Of a DNA stretch of 64,000 nt, positions 1 through 10,355 are shown one piece after another. This stretch comes from an uncultured Acidobacteriota bacterium. Its GTDB lineage: Bacteria > Acidobacteriota > Vicinamibacteria > Vicinamibacterales > UBA2999. Below the pieces are notes generated by a model. It did not search any database. It was not told the DNA's origin and saw only the letters and a program-made list of their open reading frames with translations. A program made the position numbers and the translations under genes. Each line of letters begins with the position of its first letter. Position 1 is the stretch's first letter. Location: NCBI GenBank assembly GCA_963762925.1, contig CAVXMP010000007.1, forward strand, positions 83,992-147,991. The letters are read 5' to 3'.

Positions 1-102
1 GATGGCCGTTTCGATCGCCATCGTAAGCGCAACGGTATACCCTGATTTGTTGCCGAACTTGATGGAAGGATCGACAACATCGCCGAACATGTCGCGTGGC
101 AC
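1..102 (-). CDS. 5' end (34 codons) of an unidentified protein; the gene runs off the left edge of the window
   Basis: GTG at 102 with GGAGGAG a few nt upstream. Reads VPRDMFGDVVDPSIKFGNKSGYTVALTMAIETAI. Too short to assign a family. Confidence 0.35.
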   Translation of the reverse strand, partial: MPRDMFGDVVDPSIKFGNKSGYTVALTMAIETAI

Positions 103-146
103 GAGCTCTCCTCCTGGCGTCGTCCGCTAAGCGGCGCAAGCCGCTG

Positions 147-176
147 ATTATAGCGAGCGTCCAAAAATACTGTCAA
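147..176 (-). promoter_or_regulatory. sigma70-like promoter (TTGACA-N18-TATAAT) for the gene starting at 102
   Basis: Reverse complement of 171-176 is TTGACA and of 147-152 is TATAAT. It sits about 45 nt upstream of the GTG at 102. Confidence 0.4.
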
Positions 177-445
177 ACGGGATTAGACACCGGATTTCGG
201 AAACTGCTCCCGGCCGCTCCCGCCACAAAGCACTGAGCCACTTGCGTGAATCGATCCACCCGGGCCCCGCTTCGTCACGAGCGGGGTGCCCGTGCTCAAG
301 GCCGCCATTCTATTGGTCCCATATAGCAAGGTCAACGGCGCGTATGGGTCGAACGCAGTTTTTCTTCGTGGTCGTGACGAGTTTTTACAAGCCGATCCGG
401 AGACTAAAGTCTCCCGCTGTGCTTCCGGTCGGCAGCGGTGTTCCC

Positions 446-2869
446 CTACGCTTCGATGCGCATCGCGTAGAACGAGCGCCACACGAAGACCATGCCGATG
501 ATGAAAAACACGACGGCCAGCGACGCAACCATAGTGCCCCCGTATTGCGCTGCGAGATAGACGCCAAGCTCGACCGCCAGCACGCCAAAGAGCGTGGTGA
601 ACTTGATCACTGGGTTCATCGCCACCGAAGACGTGTCCTTGAAGGGATCGCCGACCGTGTCGCCCACGACCGAGGCCGCGTGGAGCTCGGTGCCCTTCAT
701 CTTGAGCTCGGTCTCGACGATCTTCTTCGCGTTGTCCCAGGCGCCGCCGGCGTTGGCCATGAAGATCGCCTGGAACAAGCCGAACAGCGCGATGGAGATG
801 AGGTAGCCGATGAAGAAAAACGGTTCGGCAAACGCGAAGGCGAGCGTCGAGAAGAAGATCGCGAGAAAGATGTTGAACATCCCCTTCTGCGCGTACTGGG
901 TGCAGATCTCAACGACCTTGCGGCTGTCTTCGACCGATGCCTTCGTCGACCCTTCGAGCTTGATGTTGGCCTTGATGAATTCGACGGCACGGTAGGCGCC
1001 CGTCGTCACCGCCTGCATCGAGGCACCGGTAAACCAGTAGATCATCGAGCCGCCGGTGATGAGGCCAAGCAGGAACGGCGAGTGGAGGATCGACAGCTTC
1101 TCCATGTCGGTCGTGAGCCCCTGCGTGAGGGCCATGATGATGGCGAAGATCATCGTCGTCGCGCCGACAACCGCCGTCCCGATCAGCACCGGTTTTGCCG
1201 TCGCCTTGAAGGTGTTGCCCGCACCGTCGTTCTCTTCGAGCAGCTCCTTCGCGACCACGAAGTTGACCGGGAACCCGAACTCGCGCTGCAGTTCCTGCTC
1301 GATGCCGGGAATCTCCTCAATCTGCGAGAGCTCGTACACCGATTGCGCGTTGTCGGTGACCGGGCCGTACGAGTCGACGGCGATGGTCACCGGCCCCATG
1401 CCGAGAAAGCCGAACGCCACCAGGCCGAAGGCGAAGATCGCCGGCGCTTTCATCGTCTCGCCGAGTCCCATCGTCGAGACGAACGACGCAATCGCCATCA
1501 GGCCCATGATCGTGAGCCCGAGCCAATAGGCGCTGAAGTTGCCGGCGACGAGGCCCGACAGAATGTTGAGCGAGGCGCCGCCCTCGCGCGAGGACGTCAC
1601 GACCTCGCGCACGTGCGCGGAATGGGTCGACGTGAAGACTTTCACGAATTCCGGAATGATCGCGCCGGCCAGCGTTCCGCAGGTGATCACCGTGGACAAT
1701 TGCCACCACAGGGACGGATTGCCGCCGAGGGTCGGAATCAGCAGATACGACAGCACGTAGGTCAGGACCACGGACACGACCGAGGTCAGCCAGACGAGTG
1801 AGGTCAGCGGCGCCTCGAAGTTCATCTTGACCGCCGTCGCGTAGCGCCCGCGCGCAATCGCGTTGTTGACCAGATATGAACCGGCGGATGCCAACACCAT
1901 CATGACGCGCATCATGAAGATCCAGACGAGCAACTGGACCTGCACCGCCTGATCGGTGACCGCGAGCATGATGAACGTGATCAGCGCCACGCCGGTGACG
2001 CCGTAGGTTTCGAAGCCGTCTGCCGTGGGACCTACGGAATCGCCGGCGTTGTCGCCGGTGCAGTCCGCGATCACGCCCGGGTTGCGCGCGTCGTCCTCTT
2101 TGATCTTGAACACGACCTTCATGAGGTCGGACCCGATATCGGCAATCTTGGTAAAGATGCCGCCGGCAATACGCAGGGCCGCGGCGCCGAGCGATTCGCC
2201 AATGGCAAACCCGAGGAAGCAAACGCCCGCGTACTCGCCTGGAATAAACAGCAGGATCGCGAGCATGAAGAGCAGCTCGACTGAAATGAGCATCATGCCG
2301 ACGCTCATGCCGGCCTGCAGCGGAATGTCGCAGACGGGGAACGCCTTGCCGCGCAGACTCGCAAACGCGGTCCGTGAGTTCGCCAGCGTGTTGATTCGGA
2401 TGCCATACCACGCCACGCCGTAACTGCCGCCGATGCCGATCAAGCTGAAGAGGAGCACGATGACGATCTTGTAGGCCTCCAGTCCGGTCAGCCAGAAGTA
2501 GGCAACCATCACCGTCCCGATGAAGACTTCCAGAATCAGCAGAAACTTGCCCTGCTGCACCAGGTAGGCCTTGCACGTCTCGTAAATCAGCTCGGAGATC
2601 TCGGCCATTGAGCGATGCACGGGAAGTTTTTTGACGTTGGAGTAGGTCCACGCGCCGAAGAGCAAGCCCAGCACGCAGACCACGAGACCCGACAACAGGA
2701 TCTGATGGCCGGTCAAGCCCAGGAAATCTCCCTGGTTCAGATCGGGTAAATGGATGTTGACTTCTCCGCCCGGGCGATGGACGACAGGCGCGGGGGCGGA
2801 AGGGGGAGGAAGGCCCGGTGGCTGCGCCGCCAGCGCCGACGCCACGCATCGGGGAAAACGCAAACACAA
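446..2869 (-). CDS. hppA: membrane-bound proton-translocating pyrophosphatase (H+-PPase)
   Basis: 807-codon polytopic ORF with H+-PPase signatures GDNAGDSVGPTADGFETY and GDTVGDPFKDTSSVAMNPVIKF. The first ~40 codons (from TTG 2869) look non-native, so the true start is probably nearer 2720-2760. Confidence 0.93.
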   Translation of the reverse strand: MCLRFPRCVASALAAQPPGLPPPSAPAPVVHRPGGEVNIHLPDLNQGDFLGLTGHQILLSGLVVCVLGLLFGAWTYSNVKKLPVHRSMAEISELIYETCKAYLVQQGKFLLILEVFIGTVMVAYFWLTGLEAYKIVIVLLFSLIGIGGSYGVAWYGIRINTLANSRTAFASLRGKAFPVCDIPLQAGMSVGMMLISVELLFMLAILLFIPGEYAGVCFLGFAIGESLGAAALRIAGGIFTKIADIGSDLMKVVFKIKEDDARNPGVIADCTGDNAGDSVGPTADGFETYGVTGVALITFIMLAVTDQAVQVQLLVWIFMMRVMMVLASAGSYLVNNAIARGRYATAVKMNFEAPLTSLVWLTSVVSVVLTYVLSYLLIPTLGGNPSLWWQLSTVITCGTLAGAIIPEFVKVFTSTHSAHVREVVTSSREGGASLNILSGLVAGNFSAYWLGLTIMGLMAIASFVSTMGLGETMKAPAIFAFGLVAFGFLGMGPVTIAVDSYGPVTDNAQSVYELSQIEEIPGIEQELQREFGFPVNFVVAKELLEENDGAGNTFKATAKPVLIGTAVVGATTMIFAIIMALTQGLTTDMEKLSILHSPFLLGLITGGSMIYWFTGASMQAVTTGAYRAVEFIKANIKLEGSTKASVEDSRKVVEICTQYAQKGMFNIFLAIFFSTLAFAFAEPFFFIGYLISIALFGLFQAIFMANAGGAWDNAKKIVETELKMKGTELHAASVVGDTVGDPFKDTSSVAMNPVIKFTTLFGVLAVELGVYLAAQYGGTMVASLAVVFFIIGMVFVWRSFYAMRIEA

Positions 2870-2899
2870 ACAGGCAGATTTGGAGGATTCGATTTATCA

Positions 2900-3490
2900 T
2901 CAGCTCACGTTACGCACGTCGTCTGGCAGCGCCATGCCGCCAGTCAGAAAAATCCGAATGCCTTCTTCGACCGACAGGTCGGGAAAGCTCGCTTGTTCAC
3001 GCGGAAACACCACGATATCGCCGAGATATAAGTGGTTGGTCGGCACATAGACGGCCACGACGTGCTCCGGTCCACGACCGCGGTCGAGCACGAACTCCTT
3101 GGTGAGAAAGCCGAGGAGCATGCCGCGCCGCGGGTCTTCGACGAGCACGACTTTCTTGAAGCCTGCCTCATTATCCGGTGCAAACGCGGCCACAAGCTGC
3201 TTGACCGGTGAGTATATGGTCTTGAACACCGGCACCTGAAGCAGGTAGTACTCGGTTCGTTGCAGGACGCGCTTGCCGACTATGTTGGTTGCCGCCACTC
3301 CCACGACGAGGATGATGCCGGCCGTGATCAGCACGCCAAGACCAGGCACCTCGCGTCCGAGCAGTCGCACCGAGAGTGGCCTGGTCGCATCGTCAATAAA
3401 CCGAAATGTCCAGACCAGCGCCGCGACACTGATGACGAGGGGGACCGTCACGAAAAAGCCGGTGATGAAGGTTCGCCGCAACCAACTCAC
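2900..3490 (-). CDS. DUF502 family membrane protein
   Basis: 196 aa. N-terminal MSWLRRTFITGFFVTVPLVISVAALVW plus a second TM and a conserved C-terminal core typical of DUF502. 4-nt overlap with the uppP stop. Confidence 0.75.
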   Translation of the reverse strand: MSWLRRTFITGFFVTVPLVISVAALVWTFRFIDDATRPLSVRLLGREVPGLGVLITAGIILVVGVAATNIVGKRVLQRTEYYLLQVPVFKTIYSPVKQLVAAFAPDNEAGFKKVVLVEDPRRGMLLGFLTKEFVLDRGRGPEHVVAVYVPTNHLYLGDIVVFPREQASFPDLSVEEGIRIFLTGGMALPDDVRNVS

Positions 3491-4290
3491 GACATCAACC
3501 AGACTGCCGCGACCGCAGCAAGCGCGAAGCGATAGATCGCAAACACGGTCAGCGAGTGGTTGGCCAGATACTTGAGGAAGAATTTGATCGTCAAGTAGCC
3601 GATGACGCCAGAGAAAATCAACCCCACGGCAAACAGCATCGCGGGGAGCTCAAGGGTGCCCATCTCGACAACGTCCAGCGTTTCCTTGGCCGCCGCGGCA
3701 AGAACGGCAGGCAGGCTCATCAAAAAAATGAAGCGCGCCGCTCCGGGGCGCCTGAGGCCGAGAAGAAGTGCGACGGTAAGCGTTGCCCCGGATCGGGACA
3801 CGCCGGGGACGAGCGCCGCCGCCTGGGCCGCGCCCAGCGCGAGCGCTTCCCAATACGCAATCGTGTTTTCATCGCGACTGTGACTCCCCAGCCATTCGGC
3901 CATCAGCAACCCCACACCCCCTACAGCCAGCGCCACAGCGACAACCTTTGGATCGCGCAACCCTTCGAGCGAGTCGCCGAACGCGAGGACGACGACCACC
4001 ACCGGGAGCGTTCCCACGACGATCAGGCGAAGGAGTCGCTCCGATTCGCCGTCGCGAAAGGTCGCCGCACCGACCGCGCCTCGAGCCATCGCCACGAGAT
4101 CGCGGTGGAAATACGCGACGATCGCCAGCAGCGTCCCGACATGGCACGCAACATCGAACGCGAGTCCATAACGGCCCGCGTCCCATCCGAAAAACGCGCG
4201 AGCGAGAATGAGATGACCCGAACTCGAGACCGGGAGAAACTCCGTCACTCCCTGCACGATGCCAAGCAGCGCCGCATCCAGCAGATTCAC
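3487..4290 (-). CDS. uppP: undecaprenyl-diphosphate phosphatase
   Basis: 267 aa. GVTEFLPVSSSGHL and PGVSRSGATL motifs of the UppP/BacA family; polytopic. Confidence 0.93.
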   Translation of the reverse strand: MNLLDAALLGIVQGVTEFLPVSSSGHLILARAFFGWDAGRYGLAFDVACHVGTLLAIVAYFHRDLVAMARGAVGAATFRDGESERLLRLIVVGTLPVVVVVLAFGDSLEGLRDPKVVAVALAVGGVGLLMAEWLGSHSRDENTIAYWEALALGAAQAAALVPGVSRSGATLTVALLLGLRRPGAARFIFLMSLPAVLAAAAKETLDVVEMGTLELPAMLFAVGLIFSGVIGYLTIKFFLKYLANHSLTVFAIYRFALAAVAAVWLMS

Positions 4291-4297
4291 AACGCGA

Positions 4298-5257
4298 CTA
4301 CGTCGTCGCCTTGCGCCCGCCGGGAGGGGCTTTCGCCGCTGCTGTGGCGCGGCTCCGCGCCTGCTTGCCGCTCAACAGGATGGCGATAGCCGCCGCAATG
4401 AAGACGGTGGAGTAGGTGCCGCTGATGATGCCGACCAGCATCGTGAACGCAAAGCCTCGCAGCACTTCGCCGCCGAAGACGAAGAGCGCGAGCACGGCCA
4501 GGAACGTGGTGCCGGCGGTGATGATGGTGCGGCCCAGCGTCTGGTTGACGCTTAGATTGACGATGTGCTCGAGCGATTCGCGCCGCATGCTTCGGAGATT
4601 CTCGCGCACGCGATCGAAAATCACGATCGTGTCGTTGACGGAGTAGCCGGTGATGGTCAGGATCGCCGCCACCACGTTGAGCGACAGGTCGTACCCGAAA
4701 AATGCGAGGAAGGCGATCGTCACGAGCACATCGTGCAGGGTCGCCGCGATCGCGCCGACCGCGAATGCGAAGCGGAAGCGGAAGGCAATGTACGCCGTAA
4801 TGCCGAGAATAGAGGCGAGCGTCGCGTAAATCCCCTTTTTCTGCAGATCGCGGCCGATGACTGGGCCAACGAGCTCCTGACTCAGCACCTCGAACTTGCC
4901 GAGGTTCGCTTGCTGAATGGCGCTGACGACGGTTTGCGCACCTTGTTCGAGGCTGGCGCCCTCCTCTGCCGCGCCCGCCTGGGGCAGCCGGATCAGCCAG
5001 GAACGCTCAGACGGATCGCCGTAAGGCTGAATCACTTTGTCGCCTGGAATGTTCGAGAGCGCCGAGCGAACTGCATCCTCGCGGACGTCTTGCTCGAACT
5101 TGATCACCATCAGCGTGCCGCCGGAGAAATCGATGCCGAGCGGCATGCCGCCCGTGGCGATCCGGACAACTCCGGCGATGATGATGAGCGCCGAGAAAGC
5201 AATCGCGTGCCAGCGCCAGCGAATGAAGTTGTAGTTGGTGTTATGAAGAATCTGCAT
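4298..5257 (-). CDS. secF: protein translocase subunit SecF
   Basis: 319 aa. SecF-type N-terminal TM, periplasmic loop and C-terminal 5 TM. 1-nt overlap with the secD stop. Confidence 0.92.
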   Translation of the reverse strand: MQILHNTNYNFIRWRWHAIAFSALIIIAGVVRIATGGMPLGIDFSGGTLMVIKFEQDVREDAVRSALSNIPGDKVIQPYGDPSERSWLIRLPQAGAAEEGASLEQGAQTVVSAIQQANLGKFEVLSQELVGPVIGRDLQKKGIYATLASILGITAYIAFRFRFAFAVGAIAATLHDVLVTIAFLAFFGYDLSLNVVAAILTITGYSVNDTIVIFDRVRENLRSMRRESLEHIVNLSVNQTLGRTIITAGTTFLAVLALFVFGGEVLRGFAFTMLVGIISGTYSTVFIAAAIAILLSGKQARSRATAAAKAPPGGRKATT

Positions 5258-6816
5258 TAGATGCTCAGCTTCGCCGTGGGCTGCCGGCGCGCCAGGGCCA
5301 GCTCAAAGAGGGTGCGCGACACAAAGACGGCGGTGAACACGTTGGACAGCAGGCCGATGGTGAGGGTCATCGCAAAGCCGCGGATTGGCCCGGTGCCGAA
5401 CTGGAACAGGAACGCGGCCGCGATGAGCGATGCCACATGCGTGTCGAGAATGGTGAGGAACACACGATCGAAGCCGGCGGCCACGGCCTGTCGCGGCCCC
5501 TTCGCCGTCTGGAGTTCTTCCTTGATGCGCTCGAAGATCAAGACGTTCGAATCGACGCCCATACCAATCGTCAGAATGAACCCCGCGATGCCTGGGAGCG
5601 TCATCGTCGCGCCGATATAGGCCATCAACCCGAGCAGAAGAATCAGGTTGACCACAATCGACACGAGCGCGTTGATGCCCGACAGCTTGTAATACGTGAC
5701 CAGAAACAACATGACGAAGACGAGCCCGCCGATTGACGCCAGCACACCAGCGCGAATTGATTCCTGTCCGAGCGTCGCGCCAACGGTCCGCTCTTCGAGG
5801 TAGGTCAGGTTCGCGGGCAGCGCGCCCGAACGCAGCTTCAGCGCGAGATCCGCGGCTTCTTCTTGGGTGTAGTTGCCGGTGATTTGACCTTCGTCGTTAA
5901 TCCGCGACTCGATCCGAGGAGCCGAGACGACGCGGTTGTCGAGGACAATCGCCAGGTTTCTGTTGATGTTGTTCTGCGTGAACTGCCCGAACTTGGTCGC
6001 GCCGTCGCTCTTCATCGAGAAGCCCACGGCCGGACGGCTGTTCTGGTCGATCGACAAGCGCGCATTGCGAAGATCGCGGCCGGTGACGGCTGGCACCCGT
6101 CTGACGACGTAGTAGACCGTGGACGGGCGGTCACCCGGTGCGCCTTCGCTTGTCCCCGGCATGATTTGCAGATCGGGCGGCACGTTACCGGCGTAGGCCT
6201 GCCGGGCCGCGGCCTCATCGGAGAACGGTCCTTGTTCGACGAGTTTGAGCTCGAGCTGTGCAGTGGAGCGGATGATCTCTTTGGCGCGCGCCACGTCGGT
6301 CACGCCTGGAAGTTGGACCAGAATCTGGTCGGCACCGCTATGCCGCGCGACAATCGGCTCGGCGACGCCGAGCTCGTTGACGCGCCGCTCGATCGTCTGC
6401 AGCGCCTGCGTCACCGATTCGTCGCGCAGCTGCACGGCGATGTTCGGCCGCATCGTGAAGGTGTAGTTGCCCGCGCCAGAGGATCGGTTGTAAGTCGGCT
6501 CGATATCGGTCACTAAGCCGCGAAACGCCTGATCCTTGTCGGCCGTGACATTGTCGACGCGAAACTCGGTCGGACTCACGATGGTGACCGTCGCATCGGG
6601 AATACCCGCGGTGCGCAACTGCTCCCGCAGCCGGTCGGCTGTCGTTTCGGTCTCGAGCCGTACGGCATCCTCGGTCTGCACCCGCAGCACCAGATGCACG
6701 CCGCCTTTGAGATCGAGCCCGAGCCGGATCTTCTGGTCCGGCGGGTAAAACGCGAAAATGGCCAGCGCGACGACGCCGACGATGACAACGAGTTTCCAGC
6801 GGAGGTTCTTCGCCAT
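5257..6816 (-). CDS. secD: protein translocase subunit SecD
   Basis: 519 aa. Large periplasmic domain, then GIAGFILTIGMGVDSNVLIFERIKEE, the SecD/SecF membrane core. Confidence 0.93.
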   Translation of the reverse strand: MAKNLRWKLVVIVGVVALAIFAFYPPDQKIRLGLDLKGGVHLVLRVQTEDAVRLETETTADRLREQLRTAGIPDATVTIVSPTEFRVDNVTADKDQAFRGLVTDIEPTYNRSSGAGNYTFTMRPNIAVQLRDESVTQALQTIERRVNELGVAEPIVARHSGADQILVQLPGVTDVARAKEIIRSTAQLELKLVEQGPFSDEAAARQAYAGNVPPDLQIMPGTSEGAPGDRPSTVYYVVRRVPAVTGRDLRNARLSIDQNSRPAVGFSMKSDGATKFGQFTQNNINRNLAIVLDNRVVSAPRIESRINDEGQITGNYTQEEAADLALKLRSGALPANLTYLEERTVGATLGQESIRAGVLASIGGLVFVMLFLVTYYKLSGINALVSIVVNLILLLGLMAYIGATMTLPGIAGFILTIGMGVDSNVLIFERIKEELQTAKGPRQAVAAGFDRVFLTILDTHVASLIAAAFLFQFGTGPIRGFAMTLTIGLLSNVFTAVFVSRTLFELALARRQPTAKLSI

Positions 6817-6824
6817 AAGGTGCG

Positions 6825-8344
<1,520 letters not shown>

Positions 8345-8375
8345 TTACGAGCCGAACGCTTGCTATTATCCCTAC

Positions 8376-9538
8376 GTGAAAAAGTTGCGCGTCGGCGTCA
8401 TCTACGGCGGCCGATCGGGAGAACACGAAGTGTCGGTCGCTTCGGCCGCCTCGGTCTTCAAGCATCTCGATCGCACGCGCTACGAGCCGGTGGCGATTCG
8501 CATTGAAAAAACCGGCCGGTGGACGATTGCCGACCGGCCTCCTACCGCGCCGTCCGCGGCGGAGGTGCTCGAGCAGGCGCGCGTGCACGGTGTACGGACG
8601 ATTCGGCCTGGACGGGAAGCTGGTACCCGTCGCGCACCCGGGCGAAGAGACGCTGCTCACGTTCGAACGACGTCCGGCCGTCAAAGGTCAACACGACGTC
8701 GAGCAAACCGCCGTGACAGGCCTGGGCCTCGATGTCGTGTTCCCGGTGCTGCACGGACCGTATGGCGAGGACGGCACCGTGCAGGGCCTGCTGGAGCTAG
8801 CCAACGTGCCCTACGTCGGGTCGGGCGTCCTCGCGTCCGCTGTCGGGATGGACAAGGCGGCCATGAAAGTGATGTTCACGGCGCGCGGCCTTCCCGTCTG
8901 CGAGTGGAAGGCCTTCATCCGCACGGAGTGGGATTCGCAACGTTCTGCCGGTACTCGACCGGCTCGCTGTGCTCGGTCTCCCCGTCTTCGTCAAACCAGC
9001 GAACCTCGGATCGAGCGTGGGCATCTCGAAAGTGAAAACGGCGGCCGAGCTCGCACCCGCGATTGAGGTGGCGCTCCAGTTCGATCGCAAAGTCGTCGTC
9101 GAGGCGGCCGTGCCCGATGCGCGCGAGATCGAATGCGCCGTTCTCGGCAACGATACGCCGGAGGCGTCACTACCAGGCGAGATCATCACGGGACGTGAGT
9201 TCTACGATTACGAAGCAAAATATCTCGACGCGAGTTCGCAGACGGTGATTCCCGCGGATCTCTCGGTCGAACAAACCGCAGACATCAAACGGCTGGCGAT
9301 CGACGCGTTCCGCTCGGTCGACGCCGCCGGCATGTCGCGCGTGGACTTTCTGCTGTCGCGCACCAGCGGCACGGTTTACGTCAACGAGATCAACACCATC
9401 CCGGGCTTCACCACGATCAGCATGTACGCAAAGATGTGGGAAGCGTCCGGTCTCGCGTATCCCGCCCTCGTCGATCGCCTCATCCAACTCGCACTCGAAC
9501 GTCACGCCGAGAAGCAACGACTCCGCACCAGCCTCTAG
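8376..9538 (+). pseudogene. ddl: D-alanine--D-alanine ligase, interrupted by two +1 frame changes as sequenced
   Basis: Homology runs through three frames: [23 protein letters not shown] (frame of 8154), [31 protein letters not shown] (frame of 8503), and [18 protein letters not shown]...VNEINTIPGFT (frame of 8969). Shifts near 8600-8630 and 8940-8975. Confidence 0.88.
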
Positions 9539-9715
9539 GCACGAAGGACACGAAGGACACGAAGGACACGAAGAACTACGAAGGGCGCGAAGGGCGCGAC
9601 GCGTGCTCCGTGATCTTTCGCGGCCTTCGTGATCTTTCGCGGCCTTCGTGGCCCTTCGCGCCCTTCGTGACCCTTCGCGCCCTTCGGGACCTTCGTGTTC
9701 TACGTGCTCTACAGA
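9539..9715. repeat. simple-sequence palindromic element built on 9-nt periodic CGAAGG / CCTTCG words
   Basis: (CACGAAGGA)x3, (CGAAGGGCG)x2, (CGTGATCTTTCGCGGCCTT)x2, then complementary CCCTTCGCG / CCTTCGTG units. Starts directly after the ddl stop. Confidence 0.8.
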
Positions 9716-9817
9716 TTTTCACGCGCTGATCCGAAACGACTCACGAACCAGTGATCGCGGACTGGGGAAAATGACCAGCAATCCATGCTCGAGTTGACTC
9801 GTAGCGGTGGTTTGTGC

Positions 9818-9845
9818 TTGACATCCCATTTTTCTCATCCATAAT
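9818..9845 (+). promoter_or_regulatory. sigma70-like promoter TTGACA-N16-CATAAT upstream of micro-ORF 1
   Basis: TTGACA at 9818-9823 and CATAAT at 9840-9845, in a locally AT-rich patch. It would give a ~110 nt leader before the ATG at 9963. Confidence 0.5.
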
Positions 9846-9962
9846 CTACATCTGGTATGAGGGTGGACGGCTCAGGCCACGGGTTGTGAACGCTTGAGAC
9901 TAAGTTTTCACGACATCGCGGTCGCCACACTGGCACGAGCGCGACCCCCTTCAGGAGGAACA

Positions 9963-10019
9963 ATGGCGAAGAAGGCAAAGAAGGCGGCCAAGAAGGCCAA
10001 GAAAGCAAAGAAGAAGTAA
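9963..10019 (+). CDS. micro-ORF 1: 18-aa polycationic peptide MAKKAKKAAKKAKKAKKK
   Basis: ATG preceded by AGGAGGAACA (SD) and followed by its own intrinsic terminator. A paralogous copy 279 nt downstream differs mainly at synonymous positions. Confidence 0.6.
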   Translation: MAKKAKKAAKKAKKAKKK

Positions 10020-10032
10020 GGCCGTCTCAAAA

Positions 10033-10068
10033 GGGGCGGTTTCACCTCGTTGAACTGCCCCGCTTTTT
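10033..10068 (+). terminator. intrinsic terminator after micro-ORF 1 (also reads as a terminator on the minus strand)
   Basis: GGGGCGG-12 nt loop-CTGCCCC followed by GCTTTTT. An A-run on the 5' side makes it bidirectional. Confidence 0.7.
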
Positions 10069-10241
10069 CTCCAGCTCTCGAGCAAGAGCACAAGATTGCG
10101 CGCGCCACATCACACACGATGGCCGCGCACCGAAGCGCGAAGGGGCCGGCACACGCGAGCGGAGTGCCAGGCGGCAGATGCATCGCGGTGGCGCGGTATC
10201 TCCTTCCGCAGCAACCCAACCTGAAGGGGGGGATTAGACCA

Positions 10242-10298
10242 ATGGCGAAGAAGGCAAAGAAAGCGGCGAAGAAGGCCAAGAAGGCGAAGAAGCGCTAG
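10242..10298 (+). CDS. micro-ORF 2: 18-aa polycationic peptide MAKKAKKAAKKAKKAKKR
   Basis: ATG preceded by GAAGGGGGGG (SD-like). The stop coincides with the end of track ORF 10050..10298. Followed by its own terminator. Confidence 0.6.
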   Translation: MAKKAKKAAKKAKKAKKR

Positions 10299-10325
10299 GC
10301 CTGTCGGACCGCTGACAGATCCCAA

Positions 10326-10354
10326 GGGGGCAGAGGAAACTCTGTCCCCTTTTT
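10326..10354 (+). terminator. intrinsic terminator after micro-ORF 2
   Basis: GGGGCAGAG-GAAA-CTCTGTCCCC stem-loop followed by TTTTT. Confidence 0.7.
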
Positions 10355-10355
10355 A

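Noticed and set aside
183-445. tRNA, SRP RNA or 6S RNA in the hppA downstream spacer
   Set aside because: No cloverleaf with a T-loop (GTTCGAAT-type) and no SRP domain IV (GGAA/AGCA) motif could be found by eye. It is kept only as a low-interest sRNA candidate.
242-1801. 519-aa plus-strand ORF (and many similar long Arg/Gly/Asp-rich ORFs throughout the track, for example 10646..11704, 15649..16704, 25097..26467, 58609..60360)
   Set aside because: These are antisense or out-of-frame shadows of real genes, as expected in GC-rich DNA. They have low-complexity R/G/D/H-rich composition, no recognisable domains, and overlap strongly supported genes on the other strand or frame.
9539-9715. Possible CRISPR array (also considered for 43502-43606 and 47378-47451)
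   Set aside because: The repeat units are contiguous, with no unique spacers. They are 7-19 nt or 34-35 nt long with only 2-4 copies, and are followed by their own complement. No cas genes are present in the window.
9436-9729. 97-aa ORF reading GTKDTKDTKDTKNYEGREGR through the repeat after ddl
   Set aside because: It starts inside ddl in another frame, and its repetitive part is the 9-nt DNA repeat translated. There are no translation signals.
9908-10279. 123-aa minus-strand ORF rich in Phe/Ala (MAFFAAFFAFFAIG...FFFAFLAFLAAFFAFFAI)
   Set aside because: Its two Phe/Ala blocks are simply the antisense reading of the two Lys/Ala micro-ORFs (AAG/GCC versus CTT/GGC). It spans two terminators and has no SD.
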